Shown: one piece after another, positions 11,737 through 24,395 of the stretch
How the letters are laid out: the number at the start of each line of letters is the position of its first letter
Position numbering within the stretch: position 1 is the first letter of the stretch
Assembly: GCA_051453625.1 (NCBI GenBank)
Contig: JBOZIK010000001.1
Location: forward strand, 12,858,378-12,899,325
Source: Welwitschia mirabilis
Taxonomy: Eukaryota
Length of the DNA: 40,948 nucleotides
Reading direction: 5' to 3'
Translations under genes and position numbers: made by a program
Notes under the pieces: generated by a model
What the model was told of the DNA's origin: nothing
What the model saw: the letters and a program-made list of their open reading frames with translations, nothing else
Databases searched by the model: none

Positions 11737-13917
11737 TATTAAAAGTCAAATTAGTGATATTTAACATCATGTTTAGAGTATGTTTTTAGATCTATTTGAG
11801 CAAGTTTTTTATTGATTAAGAGCAAAAGTAGAGTAGCCATTGTAATGTACAAGAAAGAATAGTTTTTCAACATTTCTAACCATTTATGGATGATTTTCCT
11901 AACATGTTTCAAACTTCCTAATTTATATAAAGAATCATGAATCTATTTTAGAATGATGATTGAAGATCAAGAGGGCAAAAAAATTGAACAANNNNNNNNN
12001 NNNNNNNNNNNNNNNNNNNNNNNNNNNNNNNNNNNNNNNNNNNNNNNNNNNNNNNNNNNNNNNNNNNNNNNNNNNNNNNNNNNNNNNNNNNNNNNNNNNN
12101 NNNNNNNNNNNNNNNNNNNNNNNNNNNNNNNNNNNNNNNNNNNNNNNNNNNNNNNNNNNNNNNNNNNNNNNNNNNNNNNNNNNNNNNNNNNNNNNNNNNN
12201 NNNNNNNNNNNNNNNNNNNNNNNNNNNNNNNNNNNNNNNNNNNNNNNNNNNNNNNNNNNNNNNNNNNNNNNNNNNNNNNNNNNNNNNNNNNNNNNNNNNN
12301 NNNNNNNNNNNNNNNNNNNNNNNNNNNNNNNNNNNNNNNNNNNNNNNNNNNNNNNNNNNNNNNNNNNNNNNNNNNNNNNNNNNNNNNNNNNNNNNNNNNN
12401 NNNNNNNNNNTTGTCCACTTGGTCATCTACATAGTACTTAAAAGATGACTATTATAATTAGTAAACAAAGAAATTATGTTTCTATTGGTAGTTGTCTACC
12501 CTGTTATCTAGAAGGAACTCAAGAAGATGACAATAATTTATAAAGCCAAATTAAATTTTGAAGATGACAAAGTATACCTTCAAATTTAATTCCTTTAGAA
12601 GATATAAAGATGTATCAATTAATTCAAAAGCCTTGACTAAGNNNNNNNNNNNNNNNNNNNNNNNNNNNNNNNNNNNNNNNNNNNNNNNNNNNNNNNNNNN
12701 NNNTAAGAAAAATCTTCATACACCTAGATGAAAGTCAGTTATAACTGAAAGAAGTAAAGGCAACTTCAAAAGGTTATTTTCCACCTGGTTGTCCAGACGA
12801 CACCCTGGATGACTAGCAGAAATAGAAGAAATAGAATTTATAACTTCACAACTGACACTTGTCCACTTGGTTGTTGAGATGATACCCAAGATGAAACCAA
12901 TGGATGACACTAAACCATTTCATTAGGTAGGCACATACAGGATACAAATTCATTAGAAAAGAATATCGATTATTATCCATCCTATCGTTTAGATGACATC
13001 CAAGTGTATGATAACCATAATAAATATACCATAGACTCCATCAATTNNNNNNNNNNAATTATGAAATCATTGATATGATTTCTTGGTGATCCTAACCATT
13101 ATCCAAAATTTATAAATAGTCGCCTTAAATCCCTTATTTCGCATCTTTGGTTTCATCAAGATTACTTATGACATTGAATAATTATAAGCAAGGAATCCAT
13201 CCTAGTTACAGAGAAGGACATCTTTTGGTGTTGGGTTGTGTCTCCTTTATTAAAAAGTTCTTACTTTATAAGAGGATGTGAATATTTTGGTTAATAAAGA
13301 TACTGATTAAAGTATTCTTTCAAATTTCTTTCTTATATTCTTCATATATTGTGTTGAAATCAAGTTAATTACATAAGGTTAATTGTAATTTTTGATACAA
13401 TGTATAAGGATCAACTTGGATGATAACAAGTTAGTAAACCTAGTTATTATTTTCATTTAGCCTTGNNNNNNNNNNNNNNNNNNNNNNNNNNNNNNNNNNN
13501 NNNNNNNNNNNNNNNNNNNNNNNNNNNNNNNNNNNNNNNNNNNNNNNNNNNNNNNNNNNNNNNNNATTTTTGATACAATGTATAATGATCAAATTTGATG
13601 ATAAAAAGTTAGTAAACCTATTTATTATTTTCATTTAGCCTTGCATCTCATCTTTACATTTTTAATTCATTCATTGCATTATTGCATTTTCATTAATTTA
13701 TCATTTTAAAGTTAGAATATAAAATCATTTTAATTCTTATCTTTTTGATTAAAGCAATCTTCCAAATATACCATTTAATTTCTTTCTAAAATACGACATT
13801 TGGGTTAACTCCCATATACTATTTTTTTTGTGTGAGTTTTATTTAGATTTCTAAGCATCAAAGCTAAAGATTCATTGGAAAAAAGTACTAGATTGATTAC
13901 ATGATTTACATCCAACA
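11737..13917 (+). repeat. 5' LTR of Athila-like element
   Basis: Starts tattaaaagtcaaattagtgatattt (matches 29087), ends ..tccaaCA before aat+PBS; TATA tataaatag at 13111. Confidence 0.85.
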
Positions 13918-13920
13918 AAT

Positions 13921-13938
13921 TGATGTCATTATTGAAGA
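13921..13938 (+). promoter_or_regulatory. Primer-binding site (tRNA-Asp type, Athila), heavily deaminated
   Basis: 9 of 18 positions differ from TGGCGCCGTTGCCGGGGA and all 9 are C->T or G->A; located 3 nt after the LTR-terminal CA. Confidence 0.7.
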
Positions 13939-16900
13939 GAAATTCAAGCAAGTTTGAAAGGTTGAATTTCATTGCATAGGTAAACAATTTGATTTTAAAT
14001 TATTCACTTGTCTAATGTGTACATATAGTTTTTGTTTTTTTCCTAATTTATTTTGCATTTTTTATTACTTATCTTAGCTTGAATTTTAATTGGTTTTATT
14101 TTTATTGTGATTTTTGTGAACTTTTTTTGATTTCCATGTTATTGTTTGTTTTGTGTATGGACTCAAAGACTACTGCTTTAAACCTACTCTTTGACCTTAG
14201 TTTGATCCTTGGAATTACCATTTAAAACACATATTTATCTCATTCTTTTTATATTATTAAATACTTAGTTAATAAGATTGATCTACACCTTGTATTTTGT
14301 GAGATCCTAGTGAGTACTTACTTACTATCTAAATTAGTTTTCTTATTTTATTCTTCTCATATATTTCTATGGATAATGGTAGAATAACCCTTCAAGAAAT
14401 TATTCCTAAAAAAAGCAAACTTAAATTTTATGAATAATGATAAAAGATCACTATGTGAAATATTTTTAGAAAGAGAGTGATTAATAATGATGTTAAAACT
14501 AGGAATAGGGATCCTTCCTCCTTAACCTACCTCTTTTTCTTCTTCTTCTTCTGTTCAGCCTTTATGTAGGAATATTAATTAGGATATTCAACATTTTAGG
14601 GCTCCTACCTCATTTATAAAGGTAATCTACAAATGATTTATCCTATATCAATCTCATTCCATGGAGAAAAATGAAAAAAAAATAGATTTATTATATCCAC
14701 CAAGTTCTTTCAACCATTCAATTGACCAAGATGATTTATTTAATGATTTAATAAAAGAACTTAAGAAGATGCATGAAACTACCAATAAAAAACATTGCAT
14801 CTCTTATAGGCATACTTTAATAAATAATGTTACAAAATAAACTATCACTATGTCTACTGCCTCTTATCTTGAGAATGAGGACGAAAACATCAAAATTGCT
14901 ACGCATAGTAATAAATTTTATTTTGATGATTAACAATTAGATAATTAATGTAAAATAAAAGATATTTAATGTGATAATAAAATATCAACTCACCAATTAA
15001 AAAACAATGATGGAGATGATAATCATTAGATAATGGTATAAAGATACCAGATTATATCCCCAATATCCATTCACTATTAGAAAATCAAGGTGAAATAGAG
15101 GAATTACTTTATAAGAAATTTGAAAATTTTTTAATGTATAATGAAGATAATGATCACATTTTTCTTAATGACCTTTTTGATAAATCTAANNNNNNNNNNN
15201 NNNNNNNNNNNNNNNNNNNNNNNNNNNNNNNNNNNNNNNNNNNNNNNNNNNNNNNNNNNNNNNNNNNNNNNNNNNNNNNNNNNNNNNNNNNNNNNNNNNN
15301 NNNNNNNNNNNNNNNNNNNNNNNNNNNNNNNNNNNNNNNNNNNNNNNNNNNNNNNNNNNNNNNNNNNNNNNNNNNNNNNNNNNNNNNNNNNNNNNNNNNN
15401 NNNNNNNNNNNNNNNNNNNNNNNNNNNNNNNNNNNNNNNNNNNNNNNNNNNNNNNNNNNNNNNNNNNNNNNNNNNNNNNNNNNNNNNNNNNNNNNNNNNN
15501 NNNNNNNNNNNNNNNNNNNNNNNNNNNNNNNNNNNNNNNNNNNNNNNNNNNNNNNNNNNNNNNNNNNNNNNNNNNNNNNNNNNNNNNNNNNNNNNNNNNN
15601 NNNNNNNNNNNNNNNNNNNNNNNNNNNNNNNNNNNNNNNNNNNNNNNNNNNNNNNNNNNNNNNNNNNNNNNNNNNNNNNNNNNNNNNNNNNNNNNNNNNN
15701 NNNNNNNNNNNNNNNNNNNNNNNNNNNNNNNNNNNNNNNNNNNNNNNNNNNNNNNNNNNNNNNNNNNNNNNNNNNNNNNNNNNNNNNNNNNNNNNNNNNN
15801 NNNNNNNNNNNNNNNNNNNNNNNNNNNNNNNNNNNNNNNNNNNNNNNNNNNNNNNNNNNNNNNNNNNNNNNNNNNNNNNNNNNNNNNNNNNNNNNNNNNN
15901 NNNNNNNNNNNNNNNNNNNNNNNNNNNNAAAATTTTCCTTCATCTCTCCCACTTATGATTTCAAGTAAAAATGAAAACACTATTCTTTCTTCTATCCCAA
16001 TTCCACATTATCTTCTACTTTTGAAAAATATGATGTGGGATTTCTTGGATTATTAAATTGGAGAAATCCTTATCTTATTGATGAAAATCCATGTCTTGAC
16101 TTATATGTTAGGAAGTTTTTTAGTGTTACTAAACATGCCTTAATCAATCATCCTAAGAGGCCTTAAAAATTTTCTTAGATCAATTCTTTAAGTAGTGCCC
16201 TTAATGAATCATGGAATGATAATCATGCTTTACATCAATTCAATAATAGATTATTTTTCAATGAAACTTATAATTCTTAATCTCTTATTTGGCTTGTAAA
16301 ATTTGTATTATCAAGGTATTATTAATTTTTTTTATTTTTACTAATTTATTTTACTCAAAAATGATCATATACCTTTCATGTTCTATCAATTAATTTCCAT
16401 AAGATTTGTTCATTATTTTTCGTAAAAAGTATAGTGCAATAACTATGTTCAAACATCCATGTTTTTGGAATAGGAATAAATGAAAAGGAAAAAAATATCA
16501 TTCAACTTAAATTAATTGATTTAGTAGAGCCTATTTTCATGAGGAGATATCCACAATTACCCTTATGTGAATGTAATTATTCAGATAGTTTCTCTTTTTC
16601 AACATCTCTTAACTTGATTTTACTTTTGTTTTTCATCATGTAGTATGTTTAAGAATTTCAATCTTTTGTAAATTATCAATAATCAATTAGGTTTTAGCCA
16701 ATTAAAATGAATTCAACCACCTATGAAATTTCATTCTAGGGAAGGAAAATATTCTTAATTAAGTTTTTCNNNNNNNNNNNNNNNNNNNNNNNNNNNNNNN
16801 NNNNNNNNNAAGGTTGCAAGTTATTAGTACTTTGATAATGCATAAGCGTCTTTTCATATTTGTGAAAAACAAATAGAGAAAGAAAAAGAAAAAGAAAATT

Positions 16901-17911
16901 AATTCTTAAAAGAAAAATAAAATATCAATTTATATTATGAAATAACTATTGATAATCACTCCTAATCTATCTTGGGGATTACTGCACAGGGATAAACTTG
17001 CTTAATGGTTCTACTGCTTGTGATAAAAGTAAGATCTGTGGTTTAGAAATGAACACTCCATAATGAGAGGAATCCAAGGTAAAAGGAGCTACACTTTAAA
17101 GTGTGCTATGATTATCACATTGTCAAGTGTTATTAATTTGTAGCCATCTTTTAAGTTGATGCCTAAGACTATAGCTATGATATGTCAATTTTAATTAGTG
17201 CATTATCATTTTTATCCATGCTATTCAAACAAAACTATGATGTTTAACTAATTGGGAATCATGTATCTTTAATTTGAGAATAAGAGACTATTAATAAGTG
17301 ATCAACTTCAACTAGAATCTATTCTAATGTAATGTATTTATTTCTATTCATTAAGATAGATAATTTCAAAGTTGTAAATTGTAGTTTTTCTATTTAGGAT
17401 AGAACCAAAGCATTAGAGAAATAAATTTGATATTTTTAAAAAGGATTTACATTTCTTTTTCTTTCAAATAAAGTATCAGAATTTAAGAAGATAGAATTTA
17501 GGATCTAAGTAGTACAATGTTTGTTTTCATGATGTTTAAGCTTACTTTGATTTATTTTATTTTCCTTTTCTTATTTTATGTTAGTGTGCTTTTTATTCTT
17601 GGCTTGTACTTTTTATTTTACATCATTTGAAACTTTTAGCTTATTCCTTCTGATCATCACAATAAACTTATCTAAAATTTGGGATGAATTTATCTACTTC
17701 ATAAGGGTGAAATCTTTAGAATCATCAAAAGAGTAACTTCAATTAAACCAATTTGCTTATTAAAAATATGTTTTTCATAGAACTAAAGCCATAATTATAA
17801 ATTTAATGCATATCTTTCTCATGATATTTAAATTGAAATATCTTTTTGATATGCACTCTATGATTCTTTATACTTTAGTGTTATGTCTCATCCTCTTTCT
17901 AGTTTGACTTG

Positions 17912-19298
17912 TATTGATAAAATTCCAGTTTTGATGATTCCACTTATCTACTATAATGTGTATATTATGTATAAATATCAAATTGAAGAACATCAAATTG
18001 TAAAAAGCATCAATTCAAGTCAAACCTCAAGTTCATATTACATAAAATGTTTAGTTCAAATTTCATGAATATTAAAACAAAATTAATGGGACATGTATGC
18101 ACATGTAAAGATGTCTATGGGAAATATGTTTATTATATCAAAGACATTTATGATGAGCTAGACTTTATCACAGAAAAAGACATCTATATTGACAAAGACA
18201 TCTATACTGAAGCAAGGACTTGAGACAAGTAAAAGATGTTTATTATATTAAATACGTATATATTGCTTTAACTATTGGAAGAAGTCTACATAGTTGAAGA
18301 TATTTATACCAATCTAAAAAAGGTAATAGAGATAAATTTTATTTTAATGAATTATCTACATTTAACAAAATTAATTAAGTTTCACATCTTAAATTCATGA
18401 CCACTAAGAGGCATAGGAAGTACAATGTGAATTTTATTAAAATCTAGGAATCTTGATTAGAGACATCTCTATGTTAAAAATATTTACCTGATAAGAGACG
18501 TCTACCATCTTAAAGACATCTATCCTAAAAATTTATAGAAAATAAAATAATCATTAAACATTTAAAGCTTAGTATTTTCTATTTATTGTACATAGTTACA
18601 TGCTCTTAAAAAACTATCTCTCTAGAGAAACAACAAGAAAGACATCAAAATTATAAATGTCACAAAGAAAAAAAAAAAACTGATGTCTTTCATAGGTGAT
18701 TACTACTACACACATATATTTTAACTAATATTTATAAAATACTATCTGGTAAATACACTACTTAATCCTTAACTCTTACAAAGCTACATCACTCTGATCT
18801 TTGACACTCATGGTTGATAATAACCAGGAAGAACTCAAGTACTTCATCTAAGAGACATCTTTTCAAGCTTATTGTTTTATTTGTTATCATTATTTATTTG
18901 AAATTATATTGTAAGGCTATCATATTTTTTAATACACTTATTATATTCCATTTCTTATTTTCAATCATAGGGTTTCAATATTGTAAAGAAATTTTTATAT
19001 GGGTTTGCTTCTGTAAGTGCTCATGAGTACATTTCTATTTTGATTTATTGAATATCCTTGAAGAGAAGAGAGTGATATCTTAAGAGGAACATCTGATCTG
19101 TATGTAAGATTGGTGGTGCTCTAGAAACACTATTTTATAGGTTAAGAATATCTAGAGGTATGAGAAGAAGCTACCCTCTCTGTGTAAATGTACTTAGTAT
19201 GGGAAACCACATTAATATGATAAGGTGTTTATTATATAATTTTTAATTTATTTTTGGTAGACTTCATTCATCCCTCCCTATAATTTTAATGATGCTGA
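17912..19298 (+). repeat. 5' LTR of Sirevirus
   Basis: Starts tattgataaaattccagttttgat (cf. 27612 tattggtaaaattctagttttgat); ends cattcatccctccc...gatgctga; colinear with the 3' LTR. Confidence 0.92.
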
Positions 19299-19300
19299 AG

Positions 19301-19312
19301 TGTTATTAGAGT
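19301..19312 (+). promoter_or_regulatory. Primer-binding site (tRNA-iMet), degenerate
   Basis: tgttattagagt vs TGGTATCAGAGC, 2 nt after the LTR end and just before gag. Confidence 0.7.
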
Positions 19313-19326
19313 AAGTACTCTAAAAA

Positions 19327-21100
19327 ATGGAGTAACATCTTTGAGTGAACTATGAAAGGGGTGTCATCTGTCAGACCTCCACTCTTTAATGGAATTAACT
19401 GTGCTTATTTGAAGATGAGGATTCTTATTCAAAGATGAGGATGAAAGTGTACTTATAGTCTTATGAGTTTCAAGTTTGGTAAAGAACTGAAGATGGATAC
19501 TCAAAACATATAGAAATCATAATACATGCTATAGGAAATTCCATTACATAAAAAAGACAGCTTTCATGTATGACTTAAAAGTGAAAAATGCTCTCTACCT
19601 AGCCCTTACAATGAAAGAATTTAACAAAATAGTTGGATGGAAAACTATGTAAGGAATATCAAATATTCTAGTGAGGACATATGAAGGAACCTCTATTGTC
19701 AAGCAATCAAAACTTCTTACCTAGATAGATTAGTTTGAAAATCTGAAGATGAATAATGGAGAAAGAGTACATGAATACTTCACAAGAGTCTCCAACATAG
19801 TAAATTATATAGGTGACATTGGTAAATATTTTCTTGAGGCCAAGGTAATCCAAGAGGTTGTTATATCCTTACCTCTAAAATATAGGCCTAAACGTTAGCC
19901 ATGGAAGAATCAAGAGACTTTAACTCAATGAAGATTGAAGAATTATAAAGTGCTCTAATGACTTATGAGATGAATCTTATTCAAGATGGTGCTTTAAAAG
20001 AGAAACCTATTGCTCTTAAAGCTAGTGAAAATCCAATTAAAATATAAGGCAAGTTTTAAAATAAAAAACAACAAAGGATTAGATGGAGATAACTCTGAAG
20101 ATGACATAGATGAATAACTTGCTCTTATCACAAGGTGAGTAAAAAGACTTCTTTAATAAAAGAATAACAAAAAATAGAACTATTAAAAATTATCTAGATT
20201 TCAAGTTAGAGGTAATTCCAAACATAGAACTTCTAATAGTTATTCATTTTCTTCCAAGTCTAATATTTTCAAGTTATAATGTTAGGTTTGTGAAGGATGA
20301 AGACACATAACCTCAAAATGTCCTATCTCTAATAGACTATGGAAAAAATCATAAAATAAAGAGCCTACTAAAAGGAAATATTTCTTCATAGGATGGGATG
20401 ATGACAAAGATGCAATTGAATTAGAAACAACTAATGACAAAAAATCTCATCCATTCTACATGGTTGTTGTACATATCCAAAAGGAAAGTGATGAAAGTAA
20501 AGAAAAATCTAAGTCAGAGAGTGAAGGTAAAACAAGTATAAAACTTTAAGATAGGTATAATTCAATGTATGAATAACTCATTAAGTTGCAAAAAGTATGT
20601 GTTAAAATGAAAATACTACTCCATCCCTATGAAATAGCATATGAACAAGAAAGAGGTTCTTGCAATAGGTTATCATATAAAAACTCAGCTCTTAAATCTA
20701 AGATTAGTAAACTAATGTATGAATTAAAGCATGTTCGATAGAACCTTTTTAACTTAAAAAGAATTATAATGAGAAGTTTATCCAAGGGAAGAAGACCTTA
20801 AACATCATGCCTGAACAATGCAAGAACCCAAATAATAAAAGTGGTTCAGGTTACAATGAAGCCTCCATAAGTACTTTAGCTTCATCATTCAACAAATGGA
20901 ACTACAAATCAAGGTATGAGCATATAGTTTATGTCAATAATATTATCTATTATTATTGATACAAATGAGGTCATTATTAGTTTAGTTATCTAATTAAATT
21001 TAAAACTAGATATTACACTAACAATGCCAAAAGGCTAATAAGTATGATATAATGTTTTGTATAGGCTAAACTAAAGAGAATATGAATTCCAAAATTAATA
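19327..21100 (+). pseudogene. gag: Sirevirus gag pseudogene
   Basis: GVSSVRPPLFNGINCAYLKMR (cf. RPPLFDGxNYxxWKxRM), TYEGTSIVKQSKL, FENLKM; zinc knuckle C*VCEG*RHITSKC at 20280-20321; possible second decayed knuckle near 20947-20990. Confidence 0.85.
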
Positions 21101-21147
21101 CTATCTTTATTAGCTTAGATTGCATATGAGCAATAAAGAAACATGTC

Positions 21148-24100
21148 TAGTATGTTGGCAGTGCATGTTCAAGGCATAATACTAGAGACAAATCNNNNNN
21201 NNNNNNNNNNNNNNNNNNNNNNNNNNNNNNNNNNNNNNNNNNNNNNNNNNNNNNNNNNNNNNNNNNNNNNNNNNNNNNNNNNNNNNNNNNNNNNTAATAC
21301 TATATTTATTAGCTTAGATTGCATATGAGCAATAAAGAAACATGTCTAGTATGTTAGCCGTGCATGTTCAAGGCATAATACTAGAGACAAATCTAGCTTT
21401 ATGAATTTGGTAGAGTAAGAGAAAGGAGTGATTATCTTTAGCAAAAATATAGAGGTGCATATCAAAGGTCTTAAAAACCATTAGAGTAGGTAACCTATCA
21501 GAGGTAAAAATGTTTTCTTTATAGAAATATTGCAACATAATCTTCTAAGTGTTAGTCATTTATATATTGAAAACTATTCTATTACTTTTACCAAAGATGA
21601 TTGTATTATCAAAGAACATAACCAAATGAAAGTATCATTTGCTTAAATTAGAAAATGTAATGTCTACATTACTACTTTATAAGACATTTCTAACAAGAGG
21701 ATCAAGTGTCTGTTAACCACTATATTTAAAATAGTGCTATTATATATAAAGCTTAGACACATAAACAAAGACTTGCTAAACTCTTATGCTCAAAAGAAAT
21801 GATAATAGGAATTGCTAAGTAGCAAATCCTTGATAATCAAGTTTGTAAGGCATGCTAGAAATAAAAGTAAACAAGGGTAAGATTTTACAAAAAAAATACT
21901 ATCACAAATGAATAGCTTTTAGGTATTTTACATCTTGATATTATTGATCCATCTCCTACAAAAATTCTTGGTAAGAAAAGATATTATCTAATTGTTATTG
22001 ATAACTACTCTTGTTTTACATGAGTATCCTCCCTTATACATAAGGATCAGGTATTTGAATTTTTCTTTGAGCTTTGTATTATCTTACAAAACCAAAGGAG
22101 TACAATATTAAGATGATAAGAATACATAATGGTATTGAATTTAAAAATGCAAAGTTTAGATATTTTTGTGCATAGTTTGGTATTCTCCACTAATTCTATG
22201 TACCAAGAACTCCATAACAAAATGAAATTGCCAAAAGAAAAAACATAATTTTAAATGAAATGGATAAAATAATGATGCATGATAAATAGGTTCCTTATCA
22301 TTTTTGGGTAAAATCCATCAACACTACATGTTACATTTCCAATCAAGTTTTGGTAAGATATTTCACTTCCACAACATTATATAAACTATGTTCTAGTAAG
22401 AAACCATTAGTAAGTTATTTTTTTATATTTAGATCAAAATTTTTTAACTTAAATGAAAATGATAAGCTAAAAAATTTGATTTCAAAGTTGATAATGAAAT
22501 TTTTCTAGGTTATTTCATGGTCAGTAAAGGTACCGAGTATTCAAAAATAGAGCTCATGCTGTAGAAGAAATCATAAATATTAAATAAATGATACAAACTT
22601 AACTTCTTTTGTGCATAAGATTATTATATTTCTTTATAGATTGATCAATTGTCTAGCCATCCTCAAGTCCAATTAGATCATAAGGAGGAAAGAGGAGAAG
22701 AAATAGAAAAGGAAACTTTTTCAAACATGATCAGATGACATAGAATTCACTCTATAAGTAATAAAATATGTAGTATGTATGATGGTATTCAAACTTGAAG
22801 TTGTACTAAGTAAGTCTATGGATTTACATCATACATCTCATAAGTAGAAGCTTAAACTTTCAATGAGGTAGAAAGTGATTAAATTGGATACTAGTAATGC
22901 AAGAAAAACTTAATTAGTTTGAAAGATGTAATGTTTGAAAACTTAGTCCAAGATCATCTAATAGACTTGTTATTAGCACAAAATGGATTTTTGGAAACAA
23001 AATAGATAAAAAGGATAATGTTATTAAAAACAAATTAAGGTTAGTAGCTAAAGAATATAACCAATAAGAAGGTATAGACTTTGAAGAAATCTTTTCACCA
23101 GTAGCTTGTATAAAGTCTATAAGAATGATTTTGGCCTTTGCATATGTCAAATGATTTAGACTTTACTAGATGGATGTTAAAAATGCCTTTTTGAATAGAG
23201 TACTTCAAAATAAAATATACATTAAGCAATCTAAAGGATTTACTAATTCTTATAAAACAAACTATGTTTACCAACTAAAAATTGCTCTTTATGGTCTTAA
23301 GAAAGCTTCTAGAGCTTGGTACAAGAAACTCTCAGGTATTTTCCTAGAAAACGAATTTAAAAGAGATACATCCAATTTTATAATGTTGATTAAAAAGAAT
23401 GGTAAGGATTTTATTATAATGTTTATTAAAAATGGTGGTAAGTAATTTACTATTGTACAAATATATATGAATGAAATTACTTTTTGGAGCTACTAACAAA
23501 TTATTATGTAAGAAGTTTGATATTTTATGTAAGATGAGTTTCAAATGAGTCTTATGGGAGATATGAGTAACTTCTTGGGTCTTCAAGTAGCATAATATAA
23601 ATAAGGTACATTCTTTTCTCAAACTAAATATGTTAAAAACTTTCTAGTCAACTATGGCTTACAGAATTATAAGGCCAAAGATATCCCAATAAACCTAAGC
23701 ATAAAAATAGATAAAGATGAGCATGGTAAGAATATTAATCAGAAATTGTATAAGGGTATGATTGATAGTTTATTATATCTTACTATTAGTAGGCATGATA
23801 TAATTTTGAGTGTAGGGATTTATGCTCATTATTAAAGTGATCTTAGAGAATCACATCTTATGATAGTTAAAAAAAAATTTTACTATCTAAAAGATACTAC
23901 TAATTGGAGACTATAGTATTTAAAGGATTCCTACATTGATCTAGTTAAGTATTGTAATGTAGATTGAGTAGCATGCAAGGATGATAGAAGAAGTACAAGT
24001 AGAACCTACTTCTTTCTTGGGTAATGTCTAGTATCTTGGAGCAATAAAAAGAAAAACTCAACTACTTTTTTAATTGTTAATGCTAAATACATTATTTCTA

Positions 24101-24395
24101 GGAGTTGTTATGCTTAAGTACTTTAGATGAATCAAACTTTAAAAGATTTTGAACTATTCCTAGAGAGCATTCCCATCTTTTTTGATAACAAAAGTTCTAT
24201 CAACATCTCAAAAACCGCAATACAACATTCAAGAACTAGACATATCAAGATTAGATATCATTTTATCAAAGAGGATGTATAAAATAAAGATATCATGCTA
24301 CAATACATTAATACTGATGATTAACTCAATAATGTCTTTACTAAAATACTAAGTGGTGATAGGCTTATTAAATTGTGTAGAAACTTAGGGATTGA
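21148..24395 (+). pseudogene. pol: Sirevirus pol pseudogene (PR, INT, RT, RNase H)
   Basis: PR *YVGSACSRHNT (cf. WYLDSGCSRHMT); INT LHLDIIDP, VIDNYSCFT*, PRTP*QNEIAKRKN; RT RLVAKEYNQ*EGIDFEEIFSPVA, MDVKNAFLN, LKIALYGLKKASRAWY; RH DDRRSTS, HSRTRHIKIRYHFIKE. Confidence 0.93.

Noticed and set aside
11935..12448. ORFs of 156-163 aa on both strands
   Set aside because: Almost entirely X residues from an N gap. The same applies to 15131-15980, 30549-31277, 33795-34446, 7078-7383, 13440-13634 and 24935-25141.
18090..18530. Spaced short palindromic repeats as a CRISPR-like array
   Set aside because: Repeats are only ~8-12 bp, irregularly spaced, inside plant retrotransposon LTRs, with no cas genes.
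18814..19026. Hydrophobic ORF repeated at 28505-28696, resembling a small membrane protein
   Set aside because: Both lie at equivalent positions in the paired LTRs, start at non-ATG codons, and T-rich DNA yields F/I/L-rich peptides by chance.
21097..21394. Apparent double protease motif in the Sirevirus
   Set aside because: Near-identical ~100 bp on both sides of a 100-N gap; assembly artefact.
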